Positions 1 through 9,027 of a DNA stretch of 59,322 bases are shown piece by piece. Position 1 is the stretch's first letter. Each line of letters opens with the position of its first letter. A model generated the notes under the pieces. The model was given only the letters and a program-made list of their open reading frames with translations, made no database searches and was not told the DNA's origin. The position numbers and the translations under genes were made by a program. This stretch comes from Spirochaetia bacterium (lineage in GTDB: Bacteria > Spirochaetota > Spirochaetia > CADAEX01). Location of the stretch: positions 1 to 59,322 of the forward strand of contig CAXXHA010000009.1 in NCBI GenBank assembly GCA_963662265.2, given 5' to 3'.

Positions 1-1
1 T

Positions 2-1687
2 GATACAGCTGTAATTTATCTCGATCTTGTTCCATACTCGAAAATAGATATTATTCACGGCAGCAGAGAAGTTGTAACTCCCCTGTGGCTTCTGAGACAG
101 ATTATAGACAGCCTGACGGAAAGCGGGGAAGAGTTCAGAATTAATACCCAGGAGAATATTCTGTACCAGATGGGTTATGATACACCTACACCTGCAGATA
201 TATATTTAAACAACAGCATTCCTTCAGTTTCACTGCTGAGTTCGGAAGAAAAAAAACAGAACAGCAGCAGGCTGGAAAGCATAACAGGTTTAAGAATGTT
301 TCTTGAAAATCTTTCCGGAAACATTGATATCAAATCACCGGAAAACTGGGACAGGCATTATTTCATGATGAATGCTGCCGGGGAAAATATAATTGCGGAT
401 GAATACAGTTTCATTATCATATATATAATATCAACAGGACTGCTGATTGCTTTTTCAGTTATTTCAGGGAAAAAAGTCTTAAGATATGCTGGTAAACTCT
501 TTAAGTATTTCTGGGTTTTAATCTATTTCTTTATACTGATTTTCCTGTTTCTTCTGATATCAACTTTTATCACAGTCATGATAACTGATATTAAATCGTC
601 ATATAATATCTGGAAAGAATCGCCTTTTTTTCTGCTGATACTGAAAATTTCAATTACAACGCTGCTCTTCTTTCTTTCCCTGTTTCTTCTGAAAAAAATA
701 AAGCTTCCTGTTTCCGGAAGTTTTTACTCAGCAGCTGCAATTTTTGTATTCCTGATAAATTTAATGATATTCCAGTTCATGAATGTCTCACTTTCCCTGT
801 TTGCTGTCTGGGGCCTGATATGGACAATGCTCTTTTCATTATTCAAAAGCCGGCTGATAAAAACTTTATGCATGCTTTTATCTTCTGTTTTTATTATCTA
901 CATTGTATTTTATACTTTCTCAAAACCGGCATACAATATCTGTGAAACTATTCTGTTTGATAAATTAAAGGGGAATATTCTCACTTCATTTGTAATTCTC
1001 CCGTATATCATGATGATAATCAGAATACTTATTTCACGGACACATATAGAATCAGCAAAATACAGGGCGCTCAGGAGAACGATATATTCAGGTACAGCGC
1101 TGCTGATAATATTCCTTCTTAACTTTTATATAAAGAACAATCCCTTTCCGCCGGGAAACATGCAGCCGGTCTCGTACAGCCAGACAACAGATATAAACAG
1201 AAATGAAACAGTCATCAATATAACAAGTCCCTACAGGACAGGGAATATATCATTTTTTTCAGGAAACAATGATTATTCAATAAATTCAGATAAAACAGAA
1301 TACATGGTTTCTGAAAAAAGCGACAGGCAGCTTTTAACAGTAAATAAAAAATCATCATCTTTTCTTGACAGAAAAAACATTATTCTGGAAATACAGGCAG
1401 AAGGATTTCCGGAAAATTTTTATATAGATTTCTTTACAAAGGATGACCCTGTTATTCTTGACTGTAATTACCCATTCACTTTGTTTAAGAATATAAACAA
1501 AGGTACTCTTCATATTGGTAAAAATCCCCCCTCCCCCCTTATAATAGATATGCTACTTCCTGAAGACACATCAATATGGTTCAGAATAAGAGCTGTTTCA
1601 GAGACTTTTCCTTTTGATAATAAACTTAAAGGGAATAACAAGGTTTTTAAACAGAAATTTGAGATCATAAAAAGTACAGATGGATAA
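2..1687 (+). CDS. Multi-pass membrane protein, 5'-truncated by the window edge, function unknown
   Basis: The reading frame is open from nt 2 into the 170..1687 ORF. There are about 8 hydrophobic TM segments between soluble N- and C-terminal domains, and the stop overlaps the dinB start. Confidence 0.75.
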   Translation, partial: DTAVIYLDLVPYSKIDIIHGSREVVTPLWLLRQIIDSLTESGEEFRINTQENILYQMGYDTPTPADIYLNNSIPSVSLLSSEEKKQNSSRLESITGLRMFLENLSGNIDIKSPENWDRHYFMMNAAGENIIADEYSFIIIYIISTGLLIAFSVISGKKVLRYAGKLFKYFWVLIYFFILIFLFLLISTFITVMITDIKSSYNIWKESPFFLLILKISITTLLFFLSLFLLKKIKLPVSGSFYSAAAIFVFLINLMIFQFMNVSLSLFAVWGLIWTMLFSLFKSRLIKTLCMLLSSVFIIYIVFYTFSKPAYNICETILFDKLKGNILTSFVILPYIMMIIRILISRTHIESAKYRALRRTIYSGTALLIIFLLNFYIKNNPFPPGNMQPVSYSQTTDINRNETVINITSPYRTGNISFFSGNNDYSINSDKTEYMVSEKSDRQLLTVNKKSSSFLDRKNIILEIQAEGFPENFYIDFFTKDDPVILDCNYPFTLFKNINKGTLHIGKNPPSPLIIDMLLPEDTSIWFRIRAVSETFPFDNKLKGNNKVFKQKFEIIKSTDG

Positions 1688-2861
1688 TATTTTTTTTCAT
1701 GTGGATATGGATGCATTTTATGCTGCAGTTGAACAGCATGACAATCCCGGCTTGAAAGGTAAACCTGTAATAATTGCAGGCAGGGCTGAACTAAGGAGTG
1801 TTGTATCGGCCTGTTCCTATGAAGCCAGAAAATTCGGAATCCACTCTGCCATGCCGGCAGTCAGGGCAAAAAAACTGTGCCCTCAGGGCATTTTTCTTCC
1901 AGGCAGGATGAGGAGGTACAAGGAAGTTTCTGAACAGATCATGGAAATTTTTGATTCCTATACCCCCTGTGTTATACAAATCTCCATTGATGAGGCATTT
2001 CTCGATATCAGCGGCATGGAAAAATACATGGGAAAAGCCAGGGAAATCGCCATGAAACTGAAAAAAGAGATTATTGAAAAAACAGGGCTTACAATTTCGG
2101 TGGGAATAGCGGAAAACAAGTATCTTGCAAAGCTTGCTTCTGATTACAGAAAACCTGACGGCCTTTACCGGGTACTTCCGGGTGATGAGGAGGATTTTCT
2201 TGATACACTGAAATTAAAGGATATCTGGGGTATCGGAAAAAAAACTGTCGAAAAACTTGAGAATATGAATATAAAGTCGGTGAAAAGGCTCAGGGAATAT
2301 CCTGAAACACTTCTTTCATCAATGCTTGGACCGGGCTGTGCCGGGTTTATCTACAAGGCAGTCAGAGGGATTGATCCCGGTATATTCAATTCAGCCCCGA
2401 GAAGCAAGTCAATAAGCAACGAACGGACATTCAGAGAAGATATATCATCTGATGAAACAATTAACAGGAATTTGCTTGAACTGTCTCATCAGCTAATGTT
2501 CCGTCTCATGAATTCAAATTACTGTTCAAAAACTGTTTCCCTTAAAATCAGGTATGAAGATTTCACCACAGTAACAACTCAGGTCAGGCAGGAAAACGAA
2601 TTAACATCAGGCGAGGAAATATACTGTATTCTGAAAAAACTCATGGAAACAAAGAGGGATTACCGGAGAGGGATAAGGCTGATCGGGGCAGCGCTTCTTT
2701 CTCTTGAAAAAAGAGATATAAACGGCTGCCAGCTTGATCTGTTTGAAAATTCATACAGGAAAAAAAACAAAGTCGAAAGAGCTATTCTTGACCTGAAAAA
2801 GAAAAATCCCGGTTTCAAGGTAATCAAAGCTTCCACAATGGAAAATAAAAACAAAAAATAA
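1680..2861 (+). CDS. dinB: DNA polymerase IV (Y-family)
   Basis: Motifs HVDMDAFYA, SYEARKFGI, SIDEAFLD and KLASDYRKPDG, plus a C-terminal clamp-binding-like QLDLF. Confidence 0.95.
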   Translation: MDNIFFHVDMDAFYAAVEQHDNPGLKGKPVIIAGRAELRSVVSACSYEARKFGIHSAMPAVRAKKLCPQGIFLPGRMRRYKEVSEQIMEIFDSYTPCVIQISIDEAFLDISGMEKYMGKAREIAMKLKKEIIEKTGLTISVGIAENKYLAKLASDYRKPDGLYRVLPGDEEDFLDTLKLKDIWGIGKKTVEKLENMNIKSVKRLREYPETLLSSMLGPGCAGFIYKAVRGIDPGIFNSAPRSKSISNERTFREDISSDETINRNLLELSHQLMFRLMNSNYCSKTVSLKIRYEDFTTVTTQVRQENELTSGEEIYCILKKLMETKRDYRRGIRLIGAALLSLEKRDINGCQLDLFENSYRKKNKVERAILDLKKKNPGFKVIKASTMENKNKK

Positions 2862-2864
2862 TAA

Positions 2865-4721
2865 TCAGTTGATATCCTTAATCAGTTCAGCAGTGTTTTC
2901 TGTTACCATGTAATAACTGCCGGAAGCATTCCAGAGTGTAAAGCCAGATGCCATGGTTCCGGAAAGCCCCTTGAGCTGCCTTTTAAGATAATCTGTATAT
3001 ACAGGTTTTTCAAACTCTCTCTCCCCGCCGATAAGAAATGCCTGTACAAACGGCCTGATAACTGACCTGCCTCTCACTATAGCTGCCGCCCTGCTGCTTC
3101 CCTCGCTGTATATACGCTCTGCTCTCTCCAGATATGGAGTTTTTTCAAGAAATTTCCGGGGGAAATGCGAAGGGTAAAACATCGGACTGATAACATCAAC
3201 ATACCTTGAAACCATATCAATCTGCTGCCCGTTCCAGTTCCCCATCCTGTACCATCCGTTAAATCCGTAAAGATCTGTGCTTATAGGTATACTTATCTCT
3301 TCCCGGGCTTTTTTAAGAAAAGATTCAAGAGCTTCATTATGAAGCATATTTTTTTTCCGGTACCGGTATTTAACCTTGCTCAGATCCCCGTCTGTAGGAA
3401 ACCTGATATAGTCAAACTGGATTTCATCAACACCTTTTTTCTCAAGCTCATGGGCAATTTCAATATTATAATCCCATACATCTTCAGAAAACGGATCAAC
3501 CCAGAACTCCCTCTGCTCAGGAGGATTATCTCCGTTTTTCAACATGTTCCGCCAGGGACCTTCACCTGATACATCCCAGGCTGCATAACTGTAATCCCTG
3601 TAATGATAAAGCTGCCTGTCTTTAAATACTACTATCCTCGCAATAACATAAATATTATTCTTTTTTGCCTTTTCAATAAAATCTTCAAGGTTAATGTAGT
3701 TTTTTACATTACCCATTTCTGCAGCTTTTTTTATTTCCGAATTATATGTCAGGTTTCCGAAATCATCCTTGAAATCGACAACAACAGAATTCATACGGTT
3801 CTTTTCGAGAAAGGTGAATATATCTCCTATCCCGTCCCCGGATGCCTTGTAGGCTGAAAGATAAACACCCTTTTTATCGGAAGCACTTTTCATCCTGAGT
3901 GTTTTTTTCGCATCAGTAATTTCAAGCGCAGGGGGAATGAATTCAACATTTTTTTCCCATTCAGCAGTTTTATAATTATAACTGAAACAGTACCTTCCGC
4001 TGTATACAGAAAGTAGATTTCTGCTGAAATCAGTTGTCATTGATTCAATCCCGTTGATACTGACAGATTCAGGCACTTTAATTTCTGACCAGTTATTTTC
4101 AAGATCAAGAGCATAGATTTTTTTTGTGTATCCTGAAGCGATGAATAGGTAATAGGGGCTGCTTCCGTAGGCGACAGCGCTTATATCATCATAAAACCCT
4201 GCCCCTTTTTCCATCCAGTCAAGACTCTTCCTGTAGTTCTTCCAGCTTTTGCCGCTGTCTCTGGTTTCAAAAAGTCCGCTGAAAGATGTTCCTATCAGAA
4301 ATGTATCAGAGGCATTCCCTTTAACTGCGGATGCTGTAATATAATATGATTTTTTAAAAGGATATTTTATATTTACCTGGGTCCAACTCTCTCCCCTGTC
4401 TGTGCTTATATGAAGCTCAGAAGGTGTAGTAACAGCGACTGAAGCGGGATTTTCAGGATTAACATTCAGCGAAGAAAAAGAGCGGATATCGGAACTGTCA
4501 AAAGGATAGACAATCTTGACAGGAAGATTAAGGTTTCTCTCTTCAAAATTCAGAACTTCCTTATCTGATATTTCAAATCCCCTGTTCCTGTTGACTGAAT
4601 AATAAAACTCATCAGTAGAAATTATTTTTTCATCCTCGGAAAAAACAGAAGACAGAAAAACTAATAAAAGCTGCATCATCAGGATGTATTTTTTCATAAG
4701 CAATTGTTCCAATAATAACAT
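2865..4721 (-). CDS. Exported putative glycoside hydrolase (DUF4015-like TIM barrel) with an N-terminal BNR/beta-propeller region
   Basis: Signal peptide (true start probably MKKYIL at ~4697), Asp-box-like motifs STDRGESW and TRDSGKSW, and the C-terminal motifs VDFKDD, ARIVVFKD, DEIQFDYIRFP and SPMFYPSH. Confidence 0.75.
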   Translation of the reverse strand: MLLLEQLLMKKYILMMQLLLVFLSSVFSEDEKIISTDEFYYSVNRNRGFEISDKEVLNFEERNLNLPVKIVYPFDSSDIRSFSSLNVNPENPASVAVTTPSELHISTDRGESWTQVNIKYPFKKSYYITASAVKGNASDTFLIGTSFSGLFETRDSGKSWKNYRKSLDWMEKGAGFYDDISAVAYGSSPYYLFIASGYTKKIYALDLENNWSEIKVPESVSINGIESMTTDFSRNLLSVYSGRYCFSYNYKTAEWEKNVEFIPPALEITDAKKTLRMKSASDKKGVYLSAYKASGDGIGDIFTFLEKNRMNSVVVDFKDDFGNLTYNSEIKKAAEMGNVKNYINLEDFIEKAKKNNIYVIARIVVFKDRQLYHYRDYSYAAWDVSGEGPWRNMLKNGDNPPEQREFWVDPFSEDVWDYNIEIAHELEKKGVDEIQFDYIRFPTDGDLSKVKYRYRKKNMLHNEALESFLKKAREEISIPISTDLYGFNGWYRMGNWNGQQIDMVSRYVDVISPMFYPSHFPRKFLEKTPYLERAERIYSEGSSRAAAIVRGRSVIRPFVQAFLIGGEREFEKPVYTDYLKRQLKGLSGTMASGFTLWNASGSYYMVTENTAELIKDIN

Positions 4722-4796
4722 ATAATATCAAGTAGGAACTTTTTTTTTCCGAAAAAAAAATATAGCTTTTTTTTATTTTATTTTCAGGGGAATTAA

Positions 4797-5249
4797 ATGA
4801 CTGACAAAAATTTACCGAACGATCTAAACTATCTACTAAATCTGATACGTTTTTTAAGCGATACCCTTGATATGAATCTAAACTTCTCAGTATTCAAAGA
4901 GAAAACAGTTTCAGATCTTTTTTACCTTAATTCTGCGATAAGAAAAATTGAAATCAATTTTACTGATGCAGATTTTTCACGTCTGGAATACCTGACACAT
5001 CTTAAGCGGATTAAATCTGTTAAAGATAATTATGTAATACTTCTGGAAAATATTATAAGAGGGGAATACCTCCAGTCTGAGAATCTGCTCTCATTTTTTC
5101 AGGAATTCTCACAGATTGCAGGAGAACATAAAATAAGTTCAAAACAGATCCAGGATAAACTGAGCAGGAAACACGGCTTTATGAGAAATGATAACCAGAT
5201 ATCAAGGGAAGAGCTGAAACACCTGTTTACACCGGGAGATATGGACTGA
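4797..5249 (+). CDS. Hypothetical helical protein
   Basis: 150-aa ORF with SD-like AGGGG upstream; no motif recognised. Confidence 0.7.
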   Translation: MTDKNLPNDLNYLLNLIRFLSDTLDMNLNFSVFKEKTVSDLFYLNSAIRKIEINFTDADFSRLEYLTHLKRIKSVKDNYVILLENIIRGEYLQSENLLSFFQEFSQIAGEHKISSKQIQDKLSRKHGFMRNDNQISREELKHLFTPGDMD

Positions 5250-5260
5250 TCCTGTTTCAA

Positions 5261-5289
5261 TTGACATTTGTTTCCTCCATATATATCAT
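5261..5289 (+). promoter_or_regulatory. sigma70-type promoter for the UDPGP-like gene
   Basis: TTGACA (5261-5266), 17 nt, TATCAT (5284-5289), with GGAG upstream of ATG 5315. Confidence 0.7.
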
Positions 5290-5314
5290 TTCCCAATAAA
5301 ATGGAGATTGCGAA

Positions 5315-6856
5315 ATGGTAAATAATACGACTGACATATTTGATTCTGAATTTTCGAATAAAATACTGAAAAGGATTAACAGCGGAGAAAACTGCAGTTC
5401 CGCGATCAAAGTTAAAGATATTCCATCTTTTGAAAACAAATCAATAATAAACATGTCTGAGCAGACTTTTACTGTTGAACTGGATCTTCAGAATGCTGAA
5501 AACAACCTGAAGCATTATACCGACATGGTGAAATTAAGAAACTATGGAATAATCAGCATGGGGAAAGCTATATTCGACAGAAAAGATCTTGAAGATATCG
5601 GCCTTTATCTTCTGCCCCTTGTTTCTGTTGGTATTCTAAACGGTGGGGCAGCAACCAGTTACACAGACAGTTTAAAGAACAGTTCATTCAGCAGCGGAAT
5701 ATATGAAGCATGTTATGATCAGTTCTATGCTTTGCGTGAATTATATAAAAACAGTCCCAAGGGGAATTACTCCTGCCTATATAAACAGCGATAATTCAAA
5801 CGGCGCAAGTTTTATTGAACTGAAAATGAGATCATTTCTTCTTAAAATAGAAAAATACAGGAAAAATTATAGGCAATGTGAGGAGATTCGTTATCCGTTT
5901 TTCCAGATGACAAGCAGACAGACAGACAGTGCACTTGCAGAGGAATATATAAAATACAGTAACAGTATATAGTCTCAGGGATCTGATCAGCAGAAATAAT
6001 ACAGATGTTACATCTGTGCTTACAGAAATCCAGCCTCTCATTGCAGCGTTTACCCATTCAGCAGAAGGTACTCCCAGAAGATTCTTCAGAATACTCCGGG
6101 GAAGAAATGCTTCTCCTGGGCTCGGGAGGACATGGACAGAATTTTTCTGTACTTAAAAATACATATAGAAAACTGCTTGAGGCAGGCAAGAAATTTGTCT
6201 ACCTGGGAAATGTTGATAATATCGGCTTTAATATTGATCTTGCGGAAATCGCACTGATGGCTCTCACAGGAAGCAGCGCAGGGTTTGATTTTTCACTGAA
6301 AACACCTGTCGATGTCAAGGGAGGGATACTGGTTGAAGATGAATCAGGAAAACTCAACTGCGGCGATATAGGCGCTGCAGTATCAAAACAGCATGTCATG
6401 GCATGAAGAAGCAGAAGAACAGGGGAAAAACGCATACTTTTCAACTGCGCAACCGGGCTGTTCAACCTTGAGTATCTATCCGGAAATATTGATTATATTA
6501 TAAACAATCTCCCCTTGAGAATATCAGACCAGGAAAAAGAGGCTGGAAAATATTCACAGGCTGAACAGATAACATGGGAAGTGATAAGCCTTCTTGATAA
6601 CTTTCTCATATTCGGCGTCAATAAATACAGGAGGTTTCTTGCTTCAAAACTTCTCATCGAAAATATAATGATAAGCAGACCAGAATGCTGCAGGACATAT
6701 TTCAAAAACCACCCTGAATCACCGCTAAATTCAGTCTCAGAAAACCTGAACCGAGGCTTGAAGCATATTCTTTCAGAAGAGATGAATATGGAAGAAAAGA
6801 ACGGGAAATGGCTTTCCCTGCTGAAATGCATAGTTATTTCACCGGCAAAGGTGTAA
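5315..6856 (+). pseudogene. UDPGP-family (UTP--sugar-1-phosphate uridylyltransferase) gene, split by several frameshifts as assembled
   Basis: Consecutive ORF fragments 5315, 5703, 6005 and 6515 carry colinear family motifs LNGGAATSY, GGHGQNF, YLGNVDNIG, KGGIL and KYSQAEQITWE. Frame changes lie near 5761, 5970, 6115 and 6405. The gene may be intact in vivo. Confidence 0.75.
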
Positions 6857-7000
6857 TCATCGTTCCCCGAATAATGAATCCACACCCGGAATACAAATTC
6901 GCTATTACAGACATGTAACCTGCACCGTCATCTGTGAAGGTTACTGGCGGCTGCAGATATTATTCTCCCCTTCAGGCCAGCATCTGAAGGTATAATAAAT

Positions 7001-7119
7001 TTACATCCTTTATTGCCTCGTTGATGTACAACTCCCCTGAAGGGGACAAACGAGTTACATCCTGTATTGCCTCGTTGATGTGCATCCATGCACACTCGGC
7101 ATAGTTACATCCTGTAACT
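7001..7119. repeat. Tandem REP-like palindromic repeat cluster
   Basis: 30-nt unit TTACATCCT(T/G)TATTGCCTCGTTGATGT(A/G)CA at 7001-7030 and 7055-7084 (28/30 identical), with a partial third copy at 7105-7116. Internal palindromes are TGTGCAT-CC-ATGCACA and AGTTACA-TCC-TGTAACT. Confidence 0.75.
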
Positions 7120-7154
7120 AAAAAAAAAGCTGCCCTGTTAATACAGGGCAGCTT
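7120..7154 (-). terminator. Rho-independent terminator of the ferredoxin gene
   Basis: Stem AGCTGCCCTGT-taat-ACAGGGCAGCT, followed on the minus strand by a 9-T run. Confidence 0.85.
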
Positions 7155-7177
7155 CTAAAGATTTTTAGCCGGACTTC

Positions 7178-7349
7178 TTAGTCAGCAATAATTGCTTCTA
7201 CTGGACAAGAATCAGCACATACACCGCATGATGTACATGTTTCCGGATCAATAACTCTTTTATCATCTTTTTCGCTGATTGCTTTCTACCGGGCATTCTG
7301 CTTCGCATACACCGCAGTTAGTACAATCATCAGTAATTTTGTAAGCCAT
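7178..7349 (-). CDS. 2x[4Fe-4S] clostridial-type ferredoxin (56 aa), one extra base as assembled
   Basis: Hand translation gives MAYKITDDCTNCGVCEAECPVE/AISEKDDKRVIDPETCTSCGVCADSCPVEAIIAD*, with two CxxCxxCxxxCP motifs and a GGAGG SD. A +1 frameshift lies at ~7283-7285. Absent from the ORF track. Confidence 0.9.
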
Positions 7350-7430
7350 TTCAGACCTCCCCTGTTTTTTCGCAATTATTCTATATTACCTGTTGTTTTT
7401 TTTTCAATCATTATGTACTAATTAATAGAC

Positions 7431-8703
7431 ATGTTATTTTGAAAAATATTCAGAAATATCACTTCTTACAGAAGATGATATACGCTCATTTGTCTATGAA
7501 ATAATTTCAAGTGCCGGAATTTTCGGCGATACAATTATATTGCCTCCGGATTATTCGAGGCTTTCATCTGGAACAGGGATAATAGCTGAAGCTGTTTACA
7601 AATGCATACCAGACAGGACCAAAATGGTTTATCCCTGCCCTCGGCACCCATACCGCAATGACAGAAAAAGAAATAACTGAAATGTTCGGAACTATTCCTT
7701 TAGATCTTTTCAGGAATCACAACTGGAAAGGAAATCTTGAAGCTGCGGGAACTATACCTGAATCTTTCATAAGGGGAAAAACAGGGGTCAGGGGAATGAA
7801 CATTCCGGTCAGACTCAACAGGGAACTCTTCACAAAAGGGACAGACAGGATAATATCAATCGGGCAGGTTGTTCCCCATGAAGTTACAGGCATGTCAACT
7901 ATAATAAAAACATACTTGTCGGTATGGGCGGAACAGAAATAATAAATGCAAGCCACTATGTCAGCGCTGTTTACGGCATGGAAAAATAATGGGAAAGGCG
8001 GAGAACCCGGTCAGGGAAATACTTGATTATGCAGAGGAGAATTTCCTTTCCCGTCTTCCGATTTTTTACATCCTGACTGTATCCGGTAAGGACAGCAGCA
8101 GGCAGTTACGGTATAAAAGGGATATTTGCAGGGGACAGCAGGGAATGCTATGAAAAAGCTGCTGCCGCATCTTTCAATGAAAAATATAACAGTACTCGGA
8201 AGCAGGATAGAAAAAATAATCATATCTCTGCCTGAAAACATCAGGAGCCTGTGGATAGGCAACAAGGCAATATACAGGAGCAGAATGGCTGTCAAAACAG
8301 GGGGAGAACTGATCATTATAGGTAAAGGGATATCCACAGCAGGTGAAGACAGGACTCTGGATGCATTGATAAGGAAATACGGGTACAGGGGGAACCGAAA
8401 AAATAAAAAATGCAGTAAGAGAAAACAGGGATCTCAAGGAAAATCTTGCTGCGGCTGCACACCTTATTCACGGCTCATCTGAAGACAGGTTTAAAATCAC
8501 ATGGAAAGACACAAAAATAACCGAAAGAGGAAATAGAATCTATGGGATTCAGTTCTATTGAAAAAGGCAGTTTTTACGACAGATATTGATGCGGAATAAA
8601 CTCACACCCGGGGTACAACAGCATAGGTAATGAGGATTTTTATTATATACCGAATCCCGGTCAGGGCTTATGGTCAGCTGCAGATAATTATAGCAGATTC
8701 TGA
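7431..8703 (+). pseudogene. Lactate racemase (LarA/DUF2088)-family gene, multiply frameshifted as assembled
   Basis: Colinear motifs across frames: ILPPDYSR, PALGTH, GQVVPHEV, NKAIYRSRMAV, AAAHLIHGSS and FYYIPNPGQGLW, ending at TGA 8701-8703. Confidence 0.75.
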
Positions 8704-8717
8704 TCTTTAATAAATAA

Positions 8718-8894
8718 CCCCTTTGTCACCAGTCCCTGTGGGTATTTTTGCAAGCTGAGAGGTATTAACCCCGCCCACAAGCCGGGTGTATTGTCAAATA
8801 AGCGGGATAAGTGGCTGTGTTGTATGCGGACTTTCCCAGAGAGTAAAAGACAGGTAGACAAGCCTTATTAGACCCGACCTGCGAATGAAAAGGA
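8718..8894 (-). ncRNA. Candidate structured ncRNA (~177 nt, rod-like, 6S-like in size and shape)
   Basis: The ends pair (CCUUUUCA / UGACAAAGG). Nested stems are GGGU/ACCC, CUGGG/CUCAG and AAGUCCGCAUACAA/UUGUGGGCGGGGUU, and G-U pairs favour the minus strand. There is no plausible ORF. The family is not established. Confidence 0.4.
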
Positions 8895-8952
8895 TAATCA
8901 TATTGATATGTAATATAAAAGTTCATATCAGGGATAAAAAAGTAAACCCTTA

Positions 8953-8992
8953 TAAATAAAACAGGGGCTGTCTTTTTTACAAGACAGCCCCC
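8953..8992 (-). terminator. Rho-independent terminator of dxs
   Basis: 11-bp stem GGGGCTGTCTT/AAGACAGCCCC with a T-rich tail on the minus strand. Confidence 0.8.
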
Positions 8993-9027
8993 TTATGTAA
9001 AAACCTGATATTTCAGCTGTTATTCTG

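Noticed and set aside
7001-7116. CRISPR array
   Set aside because: Only two full 30-nt copies and a 12-nt fragment, spacers of 24 and 20 nt that are themselves hairpin parts, and no cas genes. It fits a REP-like element better.
8810-8840. Second RNase P RNA or integron attC site
   Set aside because: GGAAAGTCC appears on the minus strand without any other RNase P conserved region. GTTGTATGC has no matching inverse core, and there is no integrase or cassette.
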